The notes beneath the pieces are model-generated. The model saw nothing but the letters and a program-made list of their open reading frames with translations, had not been told where the DNA came from and searched no databases. The position numbers were made by a program, and so were the translations under genes. Positions 1 through 11,000 of a DNA stretch of 64,000 nt are shown here, piece by piece (the first letter of the stretch is position 1; every line of letters starts with the position of its first letter). The DNA is from a virus: positions 108,405 through 172,404 of the IMG/VR virus record IMGVR_UViG_3300026484_000295; one strand, given 5' to 3'.

Positions 1-1435
1 AGTCAGATGCCGTTACAAATCGATCTTGAATACTTCTTAACTTTCTGGCCATATATTTGATTTGTTCATCACTTTCTGCCGGGGTACCATCTTTAGCACT
101 AAATCTATCTATAACATCTAAGCTTAATGACGAAGATTGTGTTTGTTCAATGTAACTATCGAAATATTCTACATCTAAACTTATAGCTGGGATTTTTGCA
201 TTCACCACATTCATAATTTCATCACTATTATTAAAATTTTTTCTATAAAATAATAATGTTTTTGCAGCAGGTAAAAGAATTTCTGAATTTTTACCATCAC
301 CAAATAATAATTCTATATGTCCATCTGGAGTATTATTTACTTCATAAGCATATTTATGAGTGTGATTATTTAAATTATCAACTTCAAAATAAGTTCTTAA
401 TAAATTATCTTGTGCATCATATTGACGTACTAATGTTTTATTATCAAATATATTTTCTTCATATGAAGTCATCTTAAAGTTTTTTATAGATTTTGTTACT
501 TCTATTGGTCTAGTAAATGTACCACCTTGAATTGCAGGTATATACATAAATACATTTTTATCCAAAATATTATAACCTTTATCATATCGTAATGTAAATT
601 CAAATCCGGCCTCATTAAACGGAGCATATAATGCATCTTCATTATAAGATAGCGCATCTTCTGTATTTTCACTATTAAAATAAGTAATACTATCAAATAA
701 TAAACTTTGTAGCTCAAAGGGCTTGTCCTGTCCCATATATTCTGGATATATATTAGTATTTGGTTTATATCTCATTTGAAATTTATCTATAAAAATTGAT
801 CTTTCAAAATATTCAAAATTATCTTCTACTATACGTTTCACTTTAATATTTTCAGTTTCTTTGAAATCAGATAACTTATCAAATATATTATCTAGTGTAT
901 TCATAAAATCTTCGGCCGTTACATTTTTCAACAAATAATCTAATTTATATTGAAAATATCTACTTACTGTAAATTCAATAGGTACAAAGGTTATATCGTT
1001 GGTTTTTGAAAGTATATCATTTACAGATCCAACATTTTTAACCTTATTTAGAATCTGTGCTCCAGATGCACCATTTGAAAGGTCTATTTTTAAAATTGAA
1101 ATCGAGGGTTTAATTCTAGCATATTTATATCCCAACATATCTGCAATTTTAATTATGTTTTTTCTTTCTTTGGCAGAAGATAAATACACTTCATTCATAT
1201 TAGTATCCATACGATATGCCATCATTTCACCATAAAATGCAAATAATTCAATCAACATCATAACATAATCAGATCTGAAATAATCATTATAGTTCGGATA
1301 AGTTTGTTCAATATAATCTTGAAGTGTTTGCCTAATAGAATGAAAATCATATTCCTCAAAATTATAATTTTCGATAAGATTAGTGAATTCCGTAGATAAT
1401 TGTTTAACTTCTCTTTCAAAAGTTTTTACTGCCAT
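1..1435 (-). CDS. gp6: Baseplate wedge protein, T4 gp6-like (3' end runs off the window)
   Basis: Not in the ORF track. Manual translation from ATG at 1435 gives MAVKTFERE...EYDFHSIRQTLQDYIEQTYPNYNDYFRSDYVMMLIELFAFYGEMMAYRMDTNMNEVYLSSAKERKNIIKIADMLGY, the gp6 N-terminal pattern (DF..I...L..Y...NDY; NE.YL.SA..R....LGY). It has a GAGG RBS and an AATAAATA box upstream. Confidence 0.85.
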   Translation of the reverse strand, partial: MAVKTFEREVKQLSTEFTNLIENYNFEEYDFHSIRQTLQDYIEQTYPNYNDYFRSDYVMMLIELFAFYGEMMAYRMDTNMNEVYLSSAKERKNIIKIADMLGYKYARIKPSISILKIDLSNGASGAQILNKVKNVGSVNDILSKTNDITFVPIEFTVSRYFQYKLDYLLKNVTAEDFMNTLDNIFDKLSDFKETENIKVKRIVEDNFEYFERSIFIDKFQMRYKPNTNIYPEYMGQDKPFELQSLLFDSITYFNSENTEDALSYNEDALYAPFNEAGFEFTLRYDKGYNILDKNVFMYIPAIQGGTFTRPIEVTKSIKNFKMTSYEENIFDNKTLVRQYDAQDNLLRTYFEVDNLNNHTHKYAYEVNNTPDGHIELLFGDGKNSEILLPAAKTLLFYRKNFNNSDEIMNVVNAKIPAISLDVEYFDSYIEQTQSSSLSLDVIDRFSAKDGTPAESDEQIKYMARKLRSIQDRFVTASD

Positions 1436-1559
1436 ATTAACCTCTTTTTTCCTATTTCCTTTATTTATTCTATTTTTAAACAATTTTTTATTAAAACATT
1501 AAGCTTAACCATTTATTTAAATAAATAAAGGAAATAGGAAAAAAGAGGTTAATATGGCA
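1430..1559. repeat. Perfect 40-bp inverted repeat (1430-1469 / 1520-1559) with a 50-bp spacer
   Basis: Each arm reads AATAAATAAAGGAAATAGGAAAAAAGAGGTTAATATGGCA. It holds the late-promoter box, RBS and start codon of the divergent gp6 and gp4 genes. Confidence 0.95.
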
Positions 1560-2009
1560 TCAGGAAGCTGGAAACAGGGAAAATACACACCAACGAACCC
1601 AGATAAATATAAAGGGTCATTACCAATAGTTTTTAGAAGTAGTTGGGAAAGAAGAGTTTTTTATTTCTTAGATCATCACCCAGCTGTTATATCTTGGGGT
1701 AGCGAAAGTATAATTATACCGTATATTTATCAAGTTGATAATAAACAGCATAGATATTATATAGATGTTGATTTTATAATTAATGATAAAGATGGGAAAC
1801 AAAAAAGGTATATAATAGAAATAAAACCTCACGATCAAACAATCCCTCCAAAACCACCAAAGAAAAAATCAGCAAAAGCTATGCAAAGATACAACCAACA
1901 GGTTTTGGCTTTTCAAAAAAATCAAGATAAGTGGATGGCAGCTGAAATTTGGGCTAAAAAAAATGGATATATTTTTAGTATATGGACAGAAAAAACATTA
2001 GGTTTATAA
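1554..2009 (+). CDS. gp4: Head completion nuclease, T4 gp4-like (TnsA-like PD-(D/E)xK fold)
   Basis: G.Y.P.NP.KY.G...I.FRSSWE...LD..P.VI.WGSE...IPY...D.K.HRY..D and IEIKP motifs, plus C-terminal N..KW.AA..W. Confidence 0.9.
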   Translation: MASGSWKQGKYTPTNPDKYKGSLPIVFRSSWERRVFYFLDHHPAVISWGSESIIIPYIYQVDNKQHRYYIDVDFIINDKDGKQKRYIIEIKPHDQTIPPKPPKKKSAKAMQRYNQQVLAFQKNQDKWMAAEIWAKKNGYIFSIWTEKTLGL

Positions 2010-2028
2010 ACTCTGCGAACATAAAAAA

Positions 2029-2056
2029 AGCCAATAATTAAAAATAATTATTGGCT
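2029..2056. terminator. Intrinsic terminator between convergent gp4 and gp23
   Basis: AGCCAATAATTA-aaaa-TAATTATTGGCT, preceded by an A run that gives a U-tract on the minus strand. Confidence 0.8.
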
Positions 2057-2084
2057 ATTATATAGTTAAATATTAATTTAGGAA

Positions 2085-3308
2085 TTAACCTAAATTAACA
2101 CTTACTTTACCATAGTATGCATCAGCACCCATCATATTGTCAGCGATACCATATCTAGTACTTAACATTACTCTAGGCATAAATGAATTACCATCTAAAA
2201 TTGTTGGAGATACTTCTAATGGTACATATGGCATATAAACAATACCAGTATCAGTTTCAGTATTACCTTTGTAACCCATTAAAATATCATCAGTTGTTCT
2301 GATAATATCAGTAAAAACTTTAAATCTACCTTCAATTGTTCCAGCTAAACCAATGTTTGTTGGATCAACATATGAACTTGCAGATGGAGCAAAGTTAAAA
2401 GATTTAAGAGTTTGAAGAATTGTTAAAACATTAGGATTAACGATCATCCAGTTTGCAGCCCCTCTTCTAGTTCTTACAGCAATTTGATTAGAAACTTCTA
2501 ATACTTTAGTGTACATAGCTTGATATTTTTCAGCCATTGAGTTAGTTCCAGAAACATTACTATAATCATAGTTTGCTGTATAACCTACTTTTGATTCAAT
2601 AGTTTGTAGTAATTCTCTATCAATATCATTAGCAATTGTTTGTGCAAGCGCTGTAATCATTTCTTTTTCAATATTGATACCTAATGAAGCTTGAGCATCT
2701 TGTGCTGCTTCTAAAGACCATTGTGCTGCTAATTTTCTTGTTTTAGCAGTTACAGTAGTTTGAGTGAATTTTAAAGTTGTTTCTTTAAACTCATTGTAAG
2801 TTGGATTAGCAACTGTATTAAGAGTCATTTTTTCACCATCTTCAGTAGTCATTTTACTTGCATACTGATTAACACCAGCTACATATGATACTTCTGCTCC
2901 AGCTGGGTATGTTACATTTGTACCATCAACAGTTGCTTTTGGAGCATCTGGGTCGTTTTGTACTAATGCATTATATCTAGCTGCTTCTGCTGTTGCAGTA
3001 TTAGCATCACCTAAATCAATTACTGAATCAGATGCATAAACATATTTAAGAGACATACATATACCTGTTCTCTCTTTAAGTGGTTGAACACCTACTAATT
3101 GATCAGCAACAACATTTGTCATTACTCTTCTTGCCAAAGGCATAATTAATTTTGGAACCGATTTGATAGCTCCACTAAAAGTAGCTTCATTTAAAGTTTC
3201 AGCATAATTCGCTTCATTTTCTAAGATTACTCTCATAGAATCTTTTTTGTGTTCAGCTACACCTTCTAATAATGATTCTACTAACATTTTTGGTTGTACT
3301 TGTGCCAT
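2085..3308 (-). CDS. gp23: Major capsid protein, T4 gp23-like
   Basis: Motifs LVGVQP, VTAKTRKLAAQWSLEAAQD, IDRE, IAVRTRRGAANW, G.VYMPYVPL and F.PR....TRYG. Probable propeptide cut at TLNE/A. Confidence 0.97.
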   Translation of the reverse strand: MAQVQPKMLVESLLEGVAEHKKDSMRVILENEANYAETLNEATFSGAIKSVPKLIMPLARRVMTNVVADQLVGVQPLKERTGICMSLKYVYASDSVIDLGDANTATAEAARYNALVQNDPDAPKATVDGTNVTYPAGAEVSYVAGVNQYASKMTTEDGEKMTLNTVANPTYNEFKETTLKFTQTTVTAKTRKLAAQWSLEAAQDAQASLGINIEKEMITALAQTIANDIDRELLQTIESKVGYTANYDYSNVSGTNSMAEKYQAMYTKVLEVSNQIAVRTRRGAANWMIVNPNVLTILQTLKSFNFAPSASSYVDPTNIGLAGTIEGRFKVFTDIIRTTDDILMGYKGNTETDTGIVYMPYVPLEVSPTILDGNSFMPRVMLSTRYGIADNMMGADAYYGKVSVNLG

Positions 3309-3355
3309 TTTAATTTCTCCTTAAAAAGAACTTCTGTTTTTTATTATTTCATTTT

Positions 3356-3363
3356 TATTTATA
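3356..3363 (-). promoter_or_regulatory. T4-type late promoter TATAAATA upstream of gp23
   Basis: TCGATATAAATAA on the minus strand, identical to the site upstream of the tail tube gene (6492-6499). gp55 is encoded in the window. Confidence 0.8.
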
Positions 3364-3421
3364 TCGATATTTTAAAAAATATCATTTTTTAAAAGATTTT
3401 AACCTTATTTTAATAAGATTT

Positions 3422-4651
3422 CTATCTAATTCCCGCTAATGACATTAAATTTGTCAATTCATCTGATGTTTTTGTTTCTGTATCACCTGAACTTATTGAA
3501 GTTTGTACCGATTCAACAATCAATTCTTCTTTAATTTCTTGTTCAACATTTTTAATAACTTCTTCTTTTGAAAAACCTGCATTAAAAGTATCTACAACTG
3601 ATTCCATTAAAGTATCAATTTGTGTTTCAAGTTTATCCGATTCAATATTTTCAGCTAATTTTTCTAAAGCTTCTTTTTTATCATCAGTTAAGATTGATCC
3701 TTTTGATTCAACAATTACTTTTTTCTTTAAAGTTTCAACTTCTATTTGTGACTCTTCTAATCTTGCATGTTCTTTTTTCAACATATCTTTATATTGTTCA
3801 ACTTTTGCTTCAGTTTCTTTTTTCATTTCAAGAATTTCTTCTGCTACTTCTTCATCAATATTCCAATATTGTTTAACAATACCTTTAATTGATTCTAATA
3901 ATTCTCTACCTTGAACTTCTTTCATAATAGATTCTTTATCAGCTTTAACTTCAGCTAATTCTTGTTCTAAGAAAATCTCTGTTGATGTAACTAAATTTTC
4001 TTTTATAGATTCGATTCTTTCATCAGCTTCAGCTTTCATTCTTTCTTCTGTTTCTCTTATAGCTTCTTCTACTCTATCAATAGATTTAGATTCAACTAAT
4101 TCAGATTCTGCTTCTTCTAAATTATTTTCTAATTCATTAATTGTTTCAACTAATTCCTTATTTAATAATTCCGCTTCTTCTAATGATTCTTCTAATTCAG
4201 TAATAATAGATGTACTACTCTCCATAGCAATTTCAAATGTATTATTAAATTTTTCCTTTGCTATATCAAATGCAGCCTCGTATTTTGCTTCTAATTCTTC
4301 AGTTAATTTCGCTTCTGCTTCTTCTAAATCACTTTCAGAAATATTTACAAAAGGTTTTGATTCTAATTCTTCAATATTATCTTCAAGATTTTCTATTTCC
4401 TCTTTTGCCGCCTCAGCAACACTTTTAGCTTCCTCTAACTTTGTTTTATAAGATTCTTCTAACGTTTTAAAAGTTTCTTCAAATTTAGTTTTAGCAGCTT
4501 CAAAATTTTCTTTAGCTTTTGCTTCAACTTCAGCTCTTACCGCTTCTTCTCTCGCCGCAATAGCTTCTGTTAAAGAAACTTCTAAAGTTTCTTTTACTTC
4601 ATCTGTTAAAACATTATTTTCCAATAATGGTTTTAGGATTTCTGTCATCAT
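3422..4651 (-). CDS. gp22: Prohead core/scaffold protein, gp22-like
   Basis: Very Glu-rich coiled coil between the protease and capsid genes, with many (L/I)xE sites and C-terminal LMSLAGIR. Confidence 0.85.
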   Translation of the reverse strand: MMTEILKPLLENNVLTDEVKETLEVSLTEAIAAREEAVRAEVEAKAKENFEAAKTKFEETFKTLEESYKTKLEEAKSVAEAAKEEIENLEDNIEELESKPFVNISESDLEEAEAKLTEELEAKYEAAFDIAKEKFNNTFEIAMESSTSIITELEESLEEAELLNKELVETINELENNLEEAESELVESKSIDRVEEAIRETEERMKAEADERIESIKENLVTSTEIFLEQELAEVKADKESIMKEVQGRELLESIKGIVKQYWNIDEEVAEEILEMKKETEAKVEQYKDMLKKEHARLEESQIEVETLKKKVIVESKGSILTDDKKEALEKLAENIESDKLETQIDTLMESVVDTFNAGFSKEEVIKNVEQEIKEELIVESVQTSISSGDTETKTSDELTNLMSLAGIR

Positions 4652-4679
4652 AGTCTAACTCCTGTTCAAGCTTTTTCTT

Positions 4680-5318
4680 TTATTTATTTTTATTTATTAC
4701 AGAATTCAAAAACTTCTGAATTTCTTTAGTAAAATATTTTTGAGCTGCTTTATCTTCAACTACAGCTTCACTTAACGAAACAATTTTTGGATCATTATAA
4801 ATTATATTCAATGATTCTTGTAAACTATTTGGAAACGCCTCTGGTGCACTTGGTGTAGCAACAATATCCACAGTAATTAAATTAAAAGATTCTACTAATG
4901 TAATACCATCTTCATGTTTTGTTGAACCAGAACCCCTAGAAGAAACACCTAATTTTATACCCTCTTTAAGTAAAGCTTTAACAATTTCACCTTTTGGAGT
5001 ATCTAATATTTTAGCTCTACCAATCACATCATTACCATTCCAATTAAAACTCTCAATAACATGTGAGACATTATTAAGATTTACCGTAAGTGCCTCAGGG
5101 TGTTCTAATTCACCTAAAACAGTATATCCTTTTAGCATTTTATCTTGAATTTTAGATACTGCCTCTGTTAAAACAGATTTAGGATAAATTCTACCATTAC
5201 CATTTTTGGCTTCAGACTGCATAAAAATACCTTCTAAATACCAATTTTTACCATCACTTTTTGATTCTTGTAAATTAGCTATATTTGGTGCTAATGACTC
5301 AATTAATAAATCAGCCAT
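4680..5318 (-). CDS. gp21: Prohead protease, gp21-like
   Basis: YLEGIFMQSE.KN.NGR.YP, LGELEHP, A.ILDTP.G, GVSSRG.GS and D.V..PSAP.A motifs. Confidence 0.97.
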   Translation of the reverse strand: MADLLIESLAPNIANLQESKSDGKNWYLEGIFMQSEAKNGNGRIYPKSVLTEAVSKIQDKMLKGYTVLGELEHPEALTVNLNNVSHVIESFNWNGNDVIGRAKILDTPKGEIVKALLKEGIKLGVSSRGSGSTKHEDGITLVESFNLITVDIVATPSAPEAFPNSLQESLNIIYNDPKIVSLSEAVVEDKAAQKYFTKEIQKFLNSVINKNK

Positions 5319-5320
5319 AA

Positions 5321-5536
5321 TTACTCCTCATTAGATAAATCTTCTGATTCATCTAATTCTTTCTTTAATTCTGCTTCTTCATCATTAGGATTTTTATATG
5401 TACCACCAAATACCTCTTCATTTGAAAGATATTTTTTTCCAGCCATATATTCAGCTAAAGATGTTTTTAATGCTTCTCTTGCACCATCAAAATCTTCACC
5501 TTCAATTGCATCAACCATTTTTCTAATATTTGACAT
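5321..5536 (-). CDS. Small prohead core protein (gp67/gp68 position)
   Basis: Small acidic ORF directly upstream of gp21, with a GGAG RBS and AATAAATA at 5595-5602. Confidence 0.6.
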   Translation of the reverse strand: MSNIRKMVDAIEGEDFDGAREALKTSLAEYMAGKKYLSNEEVFGGTYKNPNDEEAELKKELDESEDLSNEE

Positions 5537-5713
5537 GTCTTAATCTCCTTACAATTTTTTAAAATTTATTGCGCAAAAAAATTGTTTTCATTAGTATTTA
5601 TTACAATTAAATCTTTTTTTATATATTTTATGTGTTTTTCATAAATATAATACATCATTAAATTATATTTGTTTCATTATTTTTAAATTTGAAGATAATA
5701 AATGTGAGGGGGG

Positions 5714-5739
5714 TTATCTGGAGAAAATTCTCCAGATAA
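5714..5739 (-). terminator. Hairpin downstream of the tail tube gene
   Basis: TTATCTGGAGAA-aa-TTCTCCAGATAA; no clear U-tract follows on the minus strand. Confidence 0.6.
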
Positions 5740-5759
5740 AATTATTTAAGAATTATTTT

Positions 5760-6449
5760 TTATTTTTGTGAAAATGCATTAGATGTAGTAGCATTTGAAT
5801 CATCTGTACCATCATCCACAGCAGTACCATAACTAAATGAAGGCATCCAAGTAGTAAAGTTAGCGTATCTAATACCTAAATTTACAGATGAAAGTCCTGC
5901 ATCATCCGAATAGTCTAAAGTACCAAAATCACAAGTCATTACTACACACTTGTGATAATACCATGCCATTAATGCCGTTCCATCACCACTTAATTCTTCC
6001 GCAGTCATGTTGAAAAAATATGCTGCAGCAGATTTAGCATGATAATTAGTATCAAAGTTTGCTTGTTTTTGTAGTTGTGTTTGAGCTGCTCTTGAAACTG
6101 CTCCGTCTAATGAGTCATCCAACTCAACTGTTGCTTGATCTTGAGTTTTTCTACCTGCAAAATAAACTTTTGAGTTTAACTTAGGTACTTCAATCTCAGC
6201 AAATGTAACATTAGGTTTTGTTATTGTTTTAACATGATGTCCTACAGCTCTAAATACTCCAAATTTAACTCTAAATCTGTGCATTAATTTTACTTCAACA
6301 TCCTCTACGTTATGAGCTCCGTCACCACCAACATTAAATGCTGCCGATCCAAATTCATTTCCACCAGTAGCTTTAGAATCAGCAAATGCATCTGCTGCTG
6401 CCGCAGAAGTTCCTACTGCAGTTCCATTATCTCCATTATACCATGCCAT
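5760..6449 (-). CDS. gp19: Tail tube protein, gp19-like
   Basis: KL..RFRV.F, KP.V.F.EI, YFAG, W...C......G.LDYS and ..L.IRY pattern of jumbo-myovirus tube proteins; late promoter upstream. Confidence 0.8.
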   Translation of the reverse strand: MAWYNGDNGTAVGTSAAAADAFADSKATGGNEFGSAAFNVGGDGAHNVEDVEVKLMHRFRVKFGVFRAVGHHVKTITKPNVTFAEIEVPKLNSKVYFAGRKTQDQATVELDDSLDGAVSRAAQTQLQKQANFDTNYHAKSAAAYFFNMTAEELSGDGTALMAWYYHKCVVMTCDFGTLDYSDDAGLSSVNLGIRYANFTTWMPSFSYGTAVDDGTDDSNATTSNAFSQK

Positions 6450-6533
6450 AATTATATCTCCTTTATGAGTTATTTTTCTATTTCTTTTAATTATTTATAT
6501 CGAAATAATTTTTCTTTTAATTTAGAAATAAGT

Positions 6534-8012
6534 TTATTCTCCACCTTCAATCTGAGTTTGAATTTTTGACCATTTTTTAAGTTGTGTAATATTTTCTTGA
6601 ACTTCTTCTTCTGACCAACCAAGTACTTTCTTTTGTAAATATGTAGGCGCAAATTGCTCCATAGGAAAGCCTGTAAATACCGATTGTCTTTGAATCATTT
6701 TTTCTAATTCTTGATTTTCAGCAACATTTATTGACTCTCGCCATTTCATATTTAATTGATCTGATGAAATATTAATTCCCCGTTCTTTAAGAAACTCAAT
6801 AAATAATGATTTAAAAGACCATAAAAATTGTTCCCTGATTTCTGTAAGCCATTTACCGAACCTTGCTTCTTCTGCTAAAGCACTCCCGACTTTACCATCA
6901 TTCCAAGTAGGTTGATTTTCTAAATTGAAATATGAACTTGGGACCCGCATACCAGCTATAAGTTTTTTGTAAAAATAATTAACATCAGCTATTTCACCTA
7001 AATTTGAAGCACCCGGTAAAGTTTCAACTCTTGATCCTCTACCATCAGCTCTTTGGGCAAAGAAATAATCTTCCTGCATTGATAGTGGATTGAATGATGA
7101 TGCTATACCTAACTCTTTAGATTCCTGAGATGCTGCCGTTCTTCTTCTTTTAATTTCTTCTTTAGTTTGAGTTACAACTTTTTCAGCAATTTTTGCAGGT
7201 GCTTTACCAACATCAATATAAAAAACTCTTCTTTCTGGCGCTCTTACAATCCTATAAATAATCAATGAATCTTCCAATAATGAAACTTTTTTCCAATATG
7301 GAAATATACTTTCTAAATAACTTTCACCAAAAGGGAAAAATTTAGAATTTTGTCCCTTATTCATAAATCTAACCATTGATGATGAAGGTATGATATAAAA
7401 TTCTTCTCCCTCTTTAACTGCTATACCTGCCGTCTTATCTTCTGATGCCTTTGATAGGTTTTGGTATTTTAAAAATTGTAAATAACTTCCCATTTGTGCA
7501 GAGTCAATTTTTGATTTAGCAATATAATAATTTAATGGTTCAATTCCAACTTCATCATATTCAATAAAATCAATATCCTTATTTTCTATTCTTCTTAAAC
7601 CTGCAATTCTGTTTTCTTTATTTTTAACAACAAAATAAAATGAATCCCCATATTTTAGTGATTGTCTTACCGCAAACGGTAATATCTCTTTCAATTTTAA
7701 GGTATCTGTAAATTGACTTATAGCTTTAGATAATACATTTTCTGGGACTTTATCATCAGTATCAAATAGGAAAGGGGAATTAGCTATCGGTTCAAACATA
7801 AATATTTCTGTTGATATTATATCCAACGCTAAATGAATTTCTGGGTAACGATCCATTTCTTCATAGGTTTCATATCGTTCTAAACGTTTTCCACTCTGCT
7901 CTACAAACTGTGTAAATGCTTCCATATATGACATCCACATAGGTGTTGGAGACTCCATTAATGATTCATCCTCATTCAAATAATGATTTAGTTGTTCATT
8001 TAATATTTCCAT
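6534..8012 (-). CDS. gp20: Portal vertex protein, gp20-like
   Basis: Y.EMD..PEI..ALD and LEDSL.IYRI.RAPERRVFYIDVG; EDYFF..R..GRGS.VETLPG..NLGEI.D..YF.KKL...L.VP.S. Confidence 0.97.
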   Translation of the reverse strand: MEILNEQLNHYLNEDESLMESPTPMWMSYMEAFTQFVEQSGKRLERYETYEEMDRYPEIHLALDIISTEIFMFEPIANSPFLFDTDDKVPENVLSKAISQFTDTLKLKEILPFAVRQSLKYGDSFYFVVKNKENRIAGLRRIENKDIDFIEYDEVGIEPLNYYIAKSKIDSAQMGSYLQFLKYQNLSKASEDKTAGIAVKEGEEFYIIPSSSMVRFMNKGQNSKFFPFGESYLESIFPYWKKVSLLEDSLIIYRIVRAPERRVFYIDVGKAPAKIAEKVVTQTKEEIKRRRTAASQESKELGIASSFNPLSMQEDYFFAQRADGRGSRVETLPGASNLGEIADVNYFYKKLIAGMRVPSSYFNLENQPTWNDGKVGSALAEEARFGKWLTEIREQFLWSFKSLFIEFLKERGINISSDQLNMKWRESINVAENQELEKMIQRQSVFTGFPMEQFAPTYLQKKVLGWSEEEVQENITQLKKWSKIQTQIEGGE

Positions 8013-8078
8013 TTAATACCCTTTTATACTTAATTATTATTATTTATATATATTTTTTCCATAAATTATAAATATCTT

Positions 8079-11000
8079 TTATCTATATTGTGCTTTACTT
8101 ATATCTCTTTGACGTATATTATCACTAGAATCAACATCACGTTTATATGATTTTTGAGCAATCTTATTCTGTTTTGTAAATTCTTTTGATGTATTATTAA
8201 GATGACCCAATTGTTGATTTTGAACCTGTAACATTTGCTCTAATAATTTTTCAACATTTAATAAGGTAGATGGTTCTGTTTTTTCATTATTTATTGTTGT
8301 TGAACTACTAGAATTATTATAGTCTTGTGTTGAAACATTATTCAATTTTGGACTTGTATTAATACCCGATGTACTAGTTCCAGATATAATACCGGATGTT
8401 GGTTTTGATGCTTCAGATGAATTAGACATTACTAATTGGTCGAATATAGATACTAATGATTCAGGTATTACCTTCTCATTGGTATGAACAATTCCTGCTG
8501 CGCCTTTCATACCAGTTAGAGTTTCTAATATAGGATCTGGAGCCGATGGTGTTTTCCCTCCTTCTGCAAATCCAAAGAAATTACCAACAGATGATGCAAC
8601 TGAAGAAATTGTATCTACAACCACACTAGATCCACCTCCACTAGATCCACCTCCACTAGATCCACCTCCACCTAGTAATCCACCTAGTGTACCACCAAGA
8701 TTATCCATTATATTACCGAAATCAAATGATCCTAAGGCTCCAGTTAAGCTTTCCCCCATACTTCCAGTAATATTTTTAAAGGTTTCTGTTATGCTACCAT
8801 CACCATCAAATGCATCCATTACAGAATCTAATGGACCGCCTTCTGCAGTAAATGATGAAAATGTTTTAGATAGATTGCTTGTTAAAGCACCAGTTACATT
8901 AGTTAAAGCATCACCAATACTAGTATCACCATTTAATACACCCGCAATATTTGTTGATACCAAATCTCCAGCACTACTTAAAGTCGTTGAAATGTCACCA
9001 ATCGTATTTGTTAAGGTTTTAGGTAAAATATTTGTTAATGAACTAGTTACATTAGTTAAAGCATCACCAATACTAGTATCACCATTTAATACACCCGCAA
9101 TATTTGTATTTAAAGATGTTCCTACATCTTTAATACTTGAACCAACATTTTGTACTATATTTTGAACCGAGGTAGGTAATAACGACGTTACATTCTGTGC
9201 TAAATTTTGTAATGATTGAGATGCAGTCCCACCAATATTTGTTAATGCTTCAGTTATTGTACTCTTTCCATTAAAAACATTAGTTATTCCATCCATAACA
9301 CTTTTTCCAATATCAACTTGCCCACCAAAAAATGATGTAGCCGTCGCACCTAAACCTGTGGCTAGAATACCTAATTTATCTTTAAGTATATTTTTAACAT
9401 CATCAAGAGTATTAACCATAGTATTTGCTTGTTTATCATCAATACCTTCTTTTGTTGTCTTTTTAACTTGTTCATCTGCTATTTGTTTTTGTTTTGATAT
9501 AATCTCTTTTTGATTATTACGTTCTTTTATTTCTGTTAATTTATTACTATTTTCAGGTTTATTACTTGGTATTATTTTATCATAAGCATTACTAACCGCA
9601 CCTTTAACAGAATCAACTGGAGCACTAATAAATCCTTTGATACTATCTGTAATTTTACTAAATACATTAGTCTCTGTTTTTTTAGATTCTTTTTTAGATA
9701 ATGTTTTATTATTTGAAGTTGAAAAATCTAATAATTTATAAAATGAATCAACTGTGTTTGCAGGTATAACAAATTCACCAGGACCATGGACTCCTGCAAT
9801 ACCATTAGGTTCTGCTGAACCGGTTGGATCTATTAATTGTGTTAATGCTTTGTTTACTGTATCACCAGTATACCCACCTTTAGCTTTAGCTTCTACTTTT
9901 ATGGTTTTTGCATCAGCCCCATTTTCAAGAGCTTTAATAAGTCTATCTAATTCATCCTCATACTTACCTTCTAACCCAGATTCAGATTTCATAGCTTTTA
10001 ATTCTTTTAATCCAATTTCACCAGAATTTAATCCTTCTTGAACTTTAGTTGTGTTTAAAGTGTTGTAGCCATAATCATCAACCCAATAACCTTTCTCTTC
10101 AAGATCAGCAGATGATTTTTCTTCTTCTGAATCTGGACCCATACCAGGAATCATACTAAGAAGCCAATTTATAGCATTACCTATTGGTTTAGCAACAACA
10201 TCATACAATCCATCAAATATTTTTTTACCTGCATCTACAATACCATTAAACATATTTTTAAACATTTCTAAGAGACTCATATCTGGATCATTAAAATAAT
10301 CTACCACAGCCTGAAAAGGAGCAGTTACCAAATCGATAAATCCACCGAAAATATTTTTAACTCCATCTACAATTCCTTGGAATGTAGACATAATATCAGT
10401 ACCAAATATACCATCAACATAATCAATTATAAATTTAAATGGAGCAGTTACTAAATCAGTAAATCCATTAAATAATGATATTACACCGTTTTTTACACCA
10501 TTAAATATCTGTTTTACGGCATCTATAAATGATAAGTCACTAGAAATCCATGCAGAAATAGCTAAAAATGGCGCTTTAACTATGTCAATAAATCCTCCTA
10601 AAATATTTGAAACAGCATTTACAATATTATTAAAATAACCTTTTATAGCATTTACAAATGAATTGAATACATTTGTAAAATTAGTACCAAAATATTCATC
10701 AACTAACCCAAAAATCCAATCAAATGGTTTTCGTACTAGATCAACAATACCATTTAAAGCGCCAGATATAGCATTTTTAACATTAGTAAAAATATCCTTT
10801 ACCATAGTATCAAATGATATTTCACCTTTGAAAAATGACGTTATTGATTTAAAAGGTGCAGTTATAAGTTCATAAAATGTACCAAAGATATTTTTAATTG
10901 CTGTAAATGAATTTCTGAAAGTTCCAAGCATATCTGTTCCAAAAATACTATCAACAAAACCCAAAACAGCTTTTAATGGAATTGTTATTATATCTAAAAA

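Noticed and set aside
256-1235. Short track ORFs at 256, 502 and 999
   Set aside because: They overlap the gp6 frame; treated as shadow ORFs.
1554-2009. TnsA-like nuclease as a sign of a Tn7 element
   Set aside because: Sequence and context match T4 gp4, and no tnsB/tnsC or transposon ends were seen.
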